A DNA stretch of 64,000 nucleotides from an uncultured Nitrospiraceae bacterium (GTDB lineage Bacteria; Nitrospirota; Thermodesulfovibrionia; Thermodesulfovibrionales; SM23-35): assembly GCA_963718855.1 (NCBI GenBank), contig CAVRAA010000006.1, forward strand, positions 83,583-147,582, written 5' to 3'. Shown here piece by piece: positions 35,720 through 44,900 of this stretch; within the stretch, counting starts at the first letter, position 1, and every line of letters starts with the position of its first letter. The position numbers and the translations under genes were made by a program. The notes beneath the pieces are model-generated. The model had not been told where the DNA came from. It was given only the letters and a program-made list of their open reading frames with translations, and did no database searches.

Positions 35720-37946
35720 TCAGAATGGCCTGCCGAGATAAAAGTACCCGGCATTATACCCTCCGTCAGTATGCCCGAAGGCTATGTACAGAGGGCCGAA
35801 GATCGTATCGTAACCGATAAAAACGCTTCCGGCGAGGCGAAGGTCTGTGAGATCAAAATTCTTTTCTTCCTCGGTCCATACATTTCCGCTTTCGAGTGAT
35901 CCGCCAAAATAGAGGTCACCGATAAACGACGAACCTACTTTATGATACGTAATCAGCCTTCCAATGGCCATAGACTGGCCACGGAGCTGCCCGGTAGATA
36001 GCCCTGAAAGATGAAAGATTCCGCCAAGGGAAAACGTATCATAAAAGGGGAGTTTGTCTCCTATGTACGAACCGGCTGCGAGGGATGCAAGAATCGTCTG
36101 CTTCCAGAAGCTGAAGGCGCCGACGATGTTTCCCTGAACCTTGTTATATTCATCATCTGATCCCAGGGCGTCAAGTGAAGAGATGAGCTTGAATTGTGCC
36201 AGGTATCCGTTATTGGGGAAATTCACATTATCCATTTGATCAAGCCTTCCCTGAACGACGATGGCCCCGCGCGTGGCCTCGTCCCTTGGGAAATCAATGT
36301 CACCGCTTATGGAGTCTGCCCTGAATTTTCCGAACTGTAGACCCACTCTCGCCTCGCCGTACATCCATGGCTGGATACCGAAATCGAGTCCTCCCTCATA
36401 ACGCGTTATTCTGTACTCTGCTACCCTATCGTGACCATCATAGACATCCACAGGCTCCTGCCTCCATTCAGCATGCGGGGAGACGAAAAAGAGGCGGGTT
36501 ACGGTAAGGGGCTGGTAGAATTCCGAGTAGATGCCGCTCGGAGTCCCGAGATTGACCTGCGTCTTCCATTCACCTCCAAGGCTGTTTATCCACCGCCGGG
36601 TGTAATCAACAAGGATATTGTAGCTGCTCGATCCCTTGAAGTCGCTTTCGAGGGCTATGCCGACGCGGAGGTAATTCGGTCCCCAGGACTTTTCCCTTGC
36701 CTTCACGATAAGGTCATAGCCTTCCTGCTGTTTTTGCACATGCAGGTCTACACGTTCGAAATCGCCTGTGCCGTATACTATGCCGGCCTGTGCCTTCATC
36801 TGTTCGATGTCAACAGTGTCGCCGGGCTTGACCGTCAGCCTGCTGGCAACGTAATCCGGCGAGATTTTGCTATGACCATCCACCTCGATCTTCACGCTAT
36901 GCGATCTTTACCTCTTTTACCAGTTCACGGTGATGTCGGGCAGTAAAAGCAGCATACTCATTTTCTGAAACTGAATATCTCTTCAGGCTATCGATCTTCT
37001 CACGGGCGGCCTTTTCACCGAGCGGGCGATCTCTGCCGCCTTGTCAAAGTCTCCTGAACCGAGTTCGCCAAGCTCAGGATTGATATAGACATCCTGCGGG
37101 CCGAGGGTTTTGACCTGGTCCTTCACGTTCTTTTTCATCATGATGTCGATCATCTGGTTCAGGATTGAAAAGCTTCCACCGAGTTCTTTTCTCGTCGCCA
37201 TAGGCTTGTCGACATCGACACAGATAATAATATCCGCCCCCATTTCCCGCACGATGTCGATAGGGACGTTCCGGACAATGCCGCCGTCAATCAGAAGCCT
37301 GCCGTTCAGCTCAATAGGGGGGAATGCGCCCGGCACAGACATGCTGGCCCGTGCAGCATCAGCAAGCCGGCCTCCTTTGAGTACGACCATCTCGCCGGTC
37401 TCAAGGTCTGCAGCAACAGCCCGGTAGGGGATCGGCAGTTTGTCGAAATCATCGATGCCCGAAGTATGGAGCATGAGCGTCTCGAACAGCACATTTACCT
37501 TCTGGTCCTTGATAAGGCCCTTGGGCATGACTACCTTGCCGTCCTTGATGCCCACGGATAGCTTGGTGAGATGATCGTAGTCTTCCTGTTTCCGCCGGTA
37601 GTCAATGTCCCGACGGTCAGGATCACCTGAAAAAACATCTTTCCAGTCGATTGCGGTGATCACCTTCTCGAGTTCACCGGCAGTAAGTCCTGATGCATAG
37701 AGAGCCGCAACAATCGCACCCATACTCGTCCCTGCGATATAATCGACCGGGATCTTCTGCTCTTCCAATACCTTCAGCACCCCGATATGCGCTGCCCCTT
37801 TTGCTCCGCCGCCGCCCAGAACAAGGCCAATCTTCGGCCTTTTGGTTTCTTCAGCAAAAGACGAAATGAGGGGAAAGAATGCATAGTAACAAAAGCATGA
37901 CAACGATAGACGGTATTATTGGACTTCTCTTTTTTAACGCAGCCAT
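35720..37946 (-). CDS. Patatin-like phospholipase fused to POTRA plus an Omp85/BamA-type beta-barrel (PlpD-like, type Vd architecture), with up to three apparent frameshifts
   Basis: Patatin motifs are GGGGAKGAAHIG, GTSMGA (GxSxG) and IDGGIVRN. The barrel ORF 35720..36895 ends ...YFYLGRPF. The linker GEKAAREKIDSLKRYSVSENEYAAFTARHHRELVKEVKIA is in a third frame, with shifts near 37020 and 36896-36899. A plausible signal peptide MAALKKRSPIIPSIVVMLLLLCILS from ATG 37946 is one frame off (G4 run 37870-37873). Confidence 0.75.
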
Positions 37947-38201
37947 ATTTTACCTTTCATGTGAACACATATATTCATTTGGGCAGCCTTTTAAGTCCGG
38001 CATTCCAATATAATAGTGCTTTTTCCCATGGAAAAATGTCGCTAACATTGTACCAGTACTGCCATTTTTTGTCTATTGAACTTTAGTCCAATAGCAGAGG
38101 GTTTCCTCTTTCCGTCAATCTTGTCTCTTCCTCAATGAGGTTGAATCGAAAAGGTTTTTATTAACGCTTGGTGCAAGCTTGGTAGAATGCATATGTACCC
38201 G

Positions 38202-39462
38202 TTAAAATCTCCAGTTCAAAGCAAGATGAATGAAATGCATGTATGTATCATTGTAATCTCCCGACACTCTGCCCGCCAATGGGCCTCTGTCAACATCCAT
38301 CGGCAGATCGCCGGCCCATAGCAATTCATACGCAAGGCTCAGATCGAGATTCTTTTTGTATTTATACTGTGCACCGGTGCCGAAACGCCAGGCCTCGCCA
38401 AGGGGGAGGTCGGCAGTCCTGTCTTCGTCTTCCACAATAGAACTGTCATAAGCCACTCCGAATGACCAGAGCCACGGCTCGGATATGCGATACTGGCCAC
38501 CCGCTGCAACATGCCATGTATCTTCATATTTGCGGTCAGCGGTAATATCCGCCGATGTCTTCAGAACTGACGGTTATATCCACTTTCCCGAACTCTGACC
38601 ATTGCTGCCATCCGACATTTCCCATCACCGCCCATTTGTCTGTCAGTTCGTGGTATGCGCTTACCATTACACTGTCAGGGGCTGTCATGCCAAGTTCCAG
38701 TTCATCTGCGCGTCCAAGTATTGATGAAAGCCCGGGTCCAAGGTTTTTGAATTTCGGCTTGTCCTCAAATTCAAGGGACATTTCCGAGAGGTACTGGATG
38801 CCGAATCTTGTTCTCGGACTCACCTCTATCAGTACACCGATATTTACTCCATATGCAAAATCGTCATCCTCGATTTCCAGTTCACCGTCCGGAAGGCTAT
38901 CGAGGGCATTATTCACCTTGGCTTTCTGCTCGAACATTGCATACATCACATTAAGCCCTGCGCCTATCGAAAGCCAGTCATTTACCTTGTATGCAAGTGC
39001 AGGCATAACGTTTAATCCCTGGAGTTTGACTTCATCTATGTAATACCGTCCGACCCAGTCGTCGTTATAATCCAAAGCGAGTCCGAAATAGCCGAAGATT
39101 CCGAGACCTGCCTTAAGGTTTTCCGATATGCTGTGAACATAGAACAGACTCCCTGCGGGCAACCAGTCATTGCCATCGCCGCTGCTGCCGGAAGCAGTCG
39201 TATTTGAGTCCGGATCGAATTCCAGTCCCAGATAAATTGGCTGCAAACCGACCTGGATCTCCGACTGCTTCAGTCGTGTCATTCCGGCAGGGTTGGTAAA
39301 CAATGTTGACGCATCCTGTGCGCGCGCTGCCCAGCCTGCTGATGCAAGGCCGACTTCCTGCGGGCCTATTTCAGTAAGGTAGACTCCGCCTGCCCATAAT
39401 GAAGCAGGTAATAGCAGGATGAGCAAAAGAAACAAACTCGCAAAGTACATGACTTTTTTCAT
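38202..39462 (-). CDS. FadL/TodX (OMPP1) family outer-membrane channel for hydrophobic compounds, with one apparent frameshift
   Basis: Start MKKVMYFASLFLLLILLLPASLWA. The motif ARAQDASTLFTNPAGMTRL is present. The C-terminal frame reads back to ITADRKYEDTWHVAAGGQYRISEPWLWSFGVAYDSS and ends LALNWRF. The junction needs a 1-nt change near 38549. Confidence 0.8.
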
Positions 39463-39500
39463 ACGCTTTCTCCTTGATTCCATATATGTTGCATACTCGA

Positions 39501-40505
39501 CTATTTCATTTTCTCTTGGAGTTCCCGCACTGTCTTCATTGTGCTGTTGACCTTAGTGAAATCAAACCAGGTCTCGTTTTCAACGGGTAAACTCAGATTG
39601 CTCCCGTACACCCTCCAACCGTCATGGTAAATGGCTACGTCTTTGTACCCAAGCGCCCTGAGCACAAGGTATGTGTATGCAGCCCGTCCCCCCGTCTGGC
39701 AATACGTGATCACGCGAGTATCGGAAGGTATGTCTTTGTAAAACGATTTCAGCTCTGAGAGCGGCAGCATACGATACGACTCGGGATTGAAGTTCTTGGA
39801 ATGGTCTATGTTAACCGCTTTCGGAATGTGACCTCCGCGCAAGGCCCCTACGTTGGTCCCTTCGTACTCAGCAGTCGTTCTCGCATCGACAATAACCGCC
39901 TTTTTCTTTCCGTCGACCACCTTCATTACTTCATTGGCATTCACACCTCTCCTTGCGCCTGGTGCGGCTTTGAACACAATCGGCCTGGTTTTAGTCTCCA
40001 CCTGTTCGAGTTTGCCACCCTCTGATTGCCATCGTTCGACGCCGCCGTCATAGAAATGTACAGTGCATTTGGCAAGTGAGCTGTTACATCCGATTGTTTC
40101 AAGGACCCAGAACATTACTGCGTTCAAACCTGTTCTGCTTGGCGAGCCATACACGATGACATGGCTCTCATTTCCGATCCCCATCTCGCCAATAGCCTTT
40201 TCCAGGCGAGGGAGCACCGTTGCGGACCGCTTCGTGTCATCGGCATAGAGTTTCGATATCCATCCCGGCAGAAGCACAGCCCCGGGTATATGCCCTTCTC
40301 TATATTCGTCGGGAAACCTTACGTCCATGATCACCCAATCAGGTTTGCCGATTTTATCATTGAGGAAGGCAGTGTCGACAATCAGGGCCACTGCCTTTTC
40401 GGATGAAAAGGCAGTGGAGGAGCACAGGATGAATACAGAAAAAAAGATCACAACCACTCTCATTGCATTGCTTCTGATGGTTGCTTTCATATTTGTTCTG
40501 TCCAT
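39501..40505 (-). CDS. Periplasmic tandem-rhodanese sulfurtransferase (SseA/TST-like)
   Basis: Start MDRTNMKATIRSNAMRVVVIFFSVFILCSSTAFS (signal peptide). It has two rhodanese domains and the active-site loop YCQTGGRAAY. Confidence 0.8.
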   Translation of the reverse strand: MDRTNMKATIRSNAMRVVVIFFSVFILCSSTAFSSEKAVALIVDTAFLNDKIGKPDWVIMDVRFPDEYREGHIPGAVLLPGWISKLYADDTKRSATVLPRLEKAIGEMGIGNESHVIVYGSPSRTGLNAVMFWVLETIGCNSSLAKCTVHFYDGGVERWQSEGGKLEQVETKTRPIVFKAAPGARRGVNANEVMKVVDGKKKAVIVDARTTAEYEGTNVGALRGGHIPKAVNIDHSKNFNPESYRMLPLSELKSFYKDIPSDTRVITYCQTGGRAAYTYLVLRALGYKDVAIYHDGWRVYGSNLSLPVENETWFDFTKVNSTMKTVRELQEKMK

Positions 40506-40534
40506 AATACTTTCCTTTCGGTTGGTTGTCTGGT

Positions 40535-41381
40535 TCACGGCACGTAGTTGGCAAGGTCATCGAAGCCGGTGCCCTCGTAGGTGTTGCCCAACTCGTCACG
40601 AATGATGGAGGCCCAGAGGCCGGTGCGACGGGTTTCCAGGGAAAGGTCCTTGGTGAGCACCTTGGTCTCGAACTTCCAGCCCTGCGGGAGCTTTTTCAGC
40701 TTGCTACCCACCGTGTTGAGGTTGTCGATGGTGAGGGTCGGGTCGACGGCCTTTGTGTATTCCTGCATAACCCAGACCGATGCCCCCTGGCTCGCGCAGC
40801 AGGTAAACCGGCTTTCCCGCCTTGTAGATCCAATTGGTGTCGCGCAGGATCTTTGCGGGCACGTAATTGGCGCCGAACTGGGAGCGAAGCTCCTCACCGG
40901 TCATGTCGCCGGCCCAGCACATCTTGACGCCTTGGAAATCGACGACCTCGCCAACGCGCATGTCTATTTGATCCATGGTCCAGTGACGTCCTACGTTGCC
41001 CATGAATGCAGTGACACCAGCGCCAAGCTCAGCCGCCTGCTTCTTGGCGTCGATCTTCTCTATGCTCCCTGGAATGAGCTTCCCGCACGATGTCGCTGTA
41101 TAGACATGAGCTCTTTCATTCCGGCCCGTGCCGACCATGACGGCAGCTCCGCCAAATGCCATTCCACGGGTGTTGGTGATGTGACGCCGTTCACCCTTCG
41201 GACCAATGTTAAGCTTCACCTTTCTCGCTCCTTTTGGCTCGGTGGGTACCTTCTTATCCTCGGCTGAGGCTGATGCTAAGCCTGTACCAATCCCTGCTGC
41301 TACTCCTGCCATAACAATACTGGCTGTTTTCACGAAATCACGACGGGTAATGAATGATGATTCCTTCTTCTTGCTATCCAT
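40535..41381 (-). CDS. Tat-signal periplasmic protein of unknown family, copy A (one apparent frameshift)
   Basis: MDSKKKESSFITRRDFVKTASIVMAGVAAGIGTGLASASA carries a twin-arginine motif. ORFs 40704..41381 and 40535..40897 join as LLREPGG|..VWVMQEYTKAVDPTLTIDNL with a 1-nt change near 40778. The protein ends GFDDLANYVP. Confidence 0.7.
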
Positions 41382-41479
41382 GCTAATCTCCTTTCATGCG
41401 TTTTTTTGATGCAATTTGCCCGGCCTTCGTCTATCTTGCGGTCTCCTCCTTTCATAATCATTGTTGATCTCTGAGATAA

Positions 41480-41944
41480 TTACTTATTGGTGACTGTACA
41501 TTTAACATTAAGCTTTGTGCACACTTTATTAATGATGCGAAGTGCAAGCTCCTTTTCCTGCTCCGTTTCATATTCTTTTTCTTTGCCCTCAACCTTCGGC
41601 ACATCTGCTTTTACGATTACTTCCGTTGTTTCAGGGTTGATTGGTTCGGCCTTGAAGGAAGCTTTCTGAATATCATCTGTCACTTCGAACAGGAGTTTTT
41701 TATCATCCTGCTTCAGTATCTTCACCGCAGGCGCACGCTCTTCCGCCAGGGTAATGGCTGCACCATAGACTTTTTCTGCCGAAGCAGGAATCTGTGCTTC
41801 AGCGACATACCCTTCTTTGCTTTTTGCATAATGTATTGCCACCGGAATAGCGGCAATACAGGCAAAAAAGGAAATTGCCGTTACCCCCGTGATCAGATAT
41901 CCGAGAAGCTTCATTGTGACCCCAGAATTTGTTTTGTTGCGCAT
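41480..41944 (-). CDS. Small membrane-anchored protein, paralog 2
   Basis: MRNKTNSGVTMKLLGYLITGVTAISFFACIAAIPVAIHYAKSKEGYVAEA... with RBS AAGGAGGATAAG. Confidence 0.7.
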   Translation of the reverse strand: MRNKTNSGVTMKLLGYLITGVTAISFFACIAAIPVAIHYAKSKEGYVAEAQIPASAEKVYGAAITLAEERAPAVKILKQDDKKLLFEVTDDIQKASFKAEPINPETTEVIVKADVPKVEGKEKEYETEQEKELALRIINKVCTKLNVKCTVTNK

Positions 41945-41998
41945 TGTCTTATCCTCCTTGTTTTGCCATGATGATCTCCTTTCGGTTGGTTGTCTGGT

Positions 41999-42847
41999 TC
42001 ACGGCACGTAGTTGGCAAGGTCGTCGAAGCCGGCGCCCTCGTAGGTGTTGCCCAACTCGTCGCGAATGATAGAGGCCCAGAAGCCGGTGCGACGGCGTGT
42101 CCAGGGAAAGGTCTTTGGTGAGCACCTTGGTCTCGAACTTCCAGCCCTGCGGCAGGTTTTTCAGCTTGCTGCCCACTGTGTGGAGGTTGTCGATGGTGAG
42201 GGTCGGGTCGACTGTCCTTCGTATATTCCTGCATGACCCAGACGATGCCACCTGGCTCGCGCAGCAAGTACACCGGCTTGCCCGCCTTGAAGATCCAGTT
42301 GGTGTCGCGCAGGATCTTTGCGGGCACGTAATGTTGCGCCGAACTGGGAGCGAAGCTCCTCCCCGGTCATGTCGCCGGCCCAGCACATCTTGACGCCCTG
42401 GAAGTCGACGACCTCGCCAACGTGCATGTCGATTTCGTCCATGGTCCAGTGACGTCCTACGTTGCCCATGAATGCAGTGACACCAGCGCCAAGCTCAGCC
42501 GCCTGCTTCTTGGCGTCGATCTTTTCGATACTCCCTGGAATGAGCTTCCCGCACGATGTCGCTGTAAAGACATGAGCTCTTTCATTCCGGCCCGTGCCGA
42601 CCATGACGGCGGCTCCGCCAAATGCCATTCCTCGGGTGTTGGTAACGTGACGCCGTTCACCCTTCGGACCAATGTTAAGCTTCACCTTTCTCGCTCCTTT
42701 TGGGTCGCTGGGTACCTTCTTATCCTCGGCTGAGGCAGATGCTAAGCCTGTACCAATCCCTGCTGCTACTCCTGCCATAACAATACTGGCTGTTTTCACG
42801 AAATCACGACGGGTAATGAATGATGATTCCTTTTTCTTGCTATCCAT
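41999..42847 (-). pseudogene. Tat-signal periplasmic protein, copy B, with three 1-nt insertions relative to copy A
   Basis: The same N-terminus as copy A lies in ORF 42161..42847. The frame changes near 42335 (FGA|NYVPAKIL), 42215 (QEYTK|.VDPTL) and 42090 (SLDT|RRTG). Each change is a 1-nt insertion when aligned to copy A. Confidence 0.6.
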
Positions 42848-42946
42848 GCTGATCTCCTTTCATGCGTTTTATTTTTGATGCAATTTGCCCGGTCTTCGTC
42901 TATCTTGCGGTCCTCCTTTCATAATCATTGTTGATCTCTGAGATAA

Positions 42947-43411
42947 TTATTTATTGGTGACTGTACATTTAACATTGAGCTTTGTGCACACTTTATTAAT
43001 GATGCGAAGTGCAAGCTCCTTTTCCTGCTCCGTTTCATATTCCTTTTCTTTGCCCTCAACCTTCGGCACATCTGCTTTTACGATTACTGCCGTTGTTTCA
43101 GGGTTGATTGGTTCGGCCTTGAAGGAGGCTTTCTGTATATCATCTGTCACTTCGAACAGGAGTTTTTTATCATCCCGCTTCAGTATCTTCACAGCAGGCG
43201 CACGCTCTTCCGCCAGGGTAATGGCTGTGCCATAGACTTTCTCTGCCGGAGCCGGAATCTGTGCTTCAGCGACATACCCTTCTTTGCTTTTTGCATAATA
43301 TATTGCTACCGGAATGGCGGCAATACAGGCAAAAAAGGAAATTGCAGTTACCCCCATGATCAGATATCCGAGAAGCTTCATTGTGACCCCAGAATTTGTT
43401 TTGTTGCGCAT
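42947..43411 (-). CDS. Small membrane-anchored protein, paralog 3
   Basis: Start MRNKTNSGVTMKLLGYLIMGV at 43411, nearly identical to paralog 2. Confidence 0.7.
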   Translation of the reverse strand: MRNKTNSGVTMKLLGYLIMGVTAISFFACIAAIPVAIYYAKSKEGYVAEAQIPAPAEKVYGTAITLAEERAPAVKILKRDDKKLLFEVTDDIQKASFKAEPINPETTAVIVKADVPKVEGKEKEYETEQEKELALRIINKVCTKLNVKCTVTNK

Positions 43412-43508
43412 TATCTTATCCTCCTTGTTTTGATAAACCTCTATGGGTTTTGCTTCTTTTAGCTTCGTGATGTTACTCATACTGCAGTCACTGGTCCTCG
43501 CATAGTCA

Positions 43509-44351
43509 TTATTTCTTTGTTTGTTTTATTTTCTTCGTGTGATCCGGATGGCACATCAGGCAGTCCATATGCCCCTGCTGACTGTTAAGGCTTACTTTTT
43601 CATAAAACATATCGTCTGACCCATGGCATTTCCAGCAGTGAGCTATCTCCGGTTTAGGCGTCCATTTGGGAGGCGTCCATGTTCCGTCAAAGTAATCATT
43701 GAGATGCGCAACTACCTGATATACGACCTCACCCGCCACCTTGGCACAGCGCTCCTTTTTCTCTTTAGAATTTACTTTCGTTCCGGCAACATTAACCCAT
43801 TTCGATACCGACGTATGGCACAATGGCGTCATTGCCTTGGCCTTGACCTGTTTGGGAAAAGCAGAGATGTCATCAAACCGATCAGTGGGAAATTCCATCT
43901 CAGAGTACCCATACATCAGTCTGTCTACGAGCGGTGCATACGAGCCTTTGTTATCGTAAACGACCATATTGATAAGGTAAGAGCAGACACCAAGAACACC
44001 GCAGAGTGTGCCATGTCCACAGTAACCGGCCCCTGCATGTTCGAACATATAGTCCGGCAGGGTTGTCCATGGATAACCGACTTTCTCTTTCAAAAGGCTG
44101 GAGACCCCCAGCCACGCGCCATTCCCTCACCCTTTTTTCTCAAGGTAAGCGCGATAGGCTCGCCTGCCGGCCTCCAGCGGATCAAGCTTGACCCATTTCC
44201 AGGGCAATGGCGGGGCTTCAGCCACGGTTGGAGCCGGTGTCGATGCGAAGCTGGTACCGTGCCCTGCTATGCCTCCTGCCAGGAAGATGCCCAGTTTTGT
44301 TATGAAATTACGGCGGGAAAATAATGATGATTTCTCCTTGTTGCCATCCAT
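43509..44351 (-). CDS. Candidate selenoprotein: Tat-signal, C_GCAxxG_C_C-like domain, C-terminal di-haem cytochrome c (split-Soret-cytochrome-like architecture)
   Basis: Track ORFs 44127..44381 and 43509..44093 are in the same frame. They are separated only by TGA (44127..44129) and 11 sense codons. Read-through gives ...RAYRAYLEKKG-U-GNGAWLGVSSLLKEKVGYPWTTLPDY. Start MDGNKEKSSLFSRRNFITK at 44351 has RBS AAAGGAGAT. Other motifs are CGHGTLCGVLGVC, CWKCH and CLMCH. Confidence 0.65.
44096..44113 (-). other. SECIS-like hairpin downstream of the in-frame UGA at 44127..44129
   Basis: The minus strand reads UGA, then 13 nt, then GGCUGG-GGGUCU-CCAGCC (6-bp stem). The spacing and GGUCU loop core match the fdhA hairpin at 3066..3080. 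Confidence 0.6.
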
Positions 44352-44408
44352 GATGATCTCCTTTCTTTGTTTGTCGCTCACAATCGTGAGAACATAAAAC
44401 CAAATACC

Positions 44409-44753
44409 TCACGAATCCTGTTTCAGTGTACTGTCAACTCTTATGGCCTCAATCAATTCAATGCCCGTTGTTTCTGAACCTTCGTGAATACAGATTTCAG
44501 GTGGTTCGCTGGAAAGTTCAATGGCGTTTAAAACCCTGAGATAAAGCTTCGACCGAATATGCTGATACATAGCTTCCCTGGTTTGCCACTTTTCAATATA
44601 AAGAATCTTTTGCCCATCACCATGCTCTTCATAAATTTCGCAATTTGTGCATGAGGGTTTTAAACGGGTCATGTTTTTTACAGACACGAGGACCTCAATG
44701 ACCGCTTGCCGTTTGTCGGGCATTGGGTCTATTCTGATGGATGCAATAATCAT
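44409..44753 (-). CDS. ABM (antibiotic biosynthesis monooxygenase-like) ferredoxin-fold protein
   Basis: 114 aa. MIIASIRIDPMPDKRQAVIEVL...LYIEKWQTREAMYQHIRSKLY follows the typical ABM pattern. Confidence 0.6.
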   Translation of the reverse strand: MIIASIRIDPMPDKRQAVIEVLVSVKNMTRLKPSCTNCEIYEEHGDGQKILYIEKWQTREAMYQHIRSKLYLRVLNAIELSSEPPEICIHEGSETTGIELIEAIRVDSTLKQDS

Positions 44754-44769
44754 AATCTGAGAATATATA

Positions 44770-44784
44770 ACAAGATTGATGCCA
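44770..44784 (-). promoter_or_regulatory. Possible sigma-54 promoter (TGGCAT-N5-TTGT) upstream of the ABM gene
   Basis: The minus strand reads cTTGGCATcaatcTTGTtatat with correct -24/-12 spacing, but GT replaces the conserved GC at -12. It lies only ~17 nt from the ATG at 44753, leaving almost no leader. Confidence 0.3.
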
Positions 44785-44900
44785 AGCCCGTAAAAAGATG
44801 CAATGAGCAGATAAGTAGCTGGAAATAAAGAAGATAAAATAAAGAAGAACGTCTAAAGAAGAGGGAGGCAGTTGTTATGAGAAGGTCACTACTACGTCTT

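Larger units (their letters stand above)
40514..43432. repeat. Tandem direct duplication of a ~1464-bp unit (Tat-signal protein gene plus small anchor-protein gene)
   Basis: cctttcggttggttgtctggttcacggcacgtagttggcaagg occurs at 40514 and again at 41978. The two units align end to end with scattered substitutions and 1-nt indels. Similarity ends near 43432. Confidence 0.85.

Noticed and set aside
42879-42892. CCGGGCAAATTGCA (minus strand, also in copy A near 41415) as a sigma-54 promoter upstream of the Tat-protein genes
   Set aside because: The GG to GC spacing is about four nt too short for the -24/-12 geometry.
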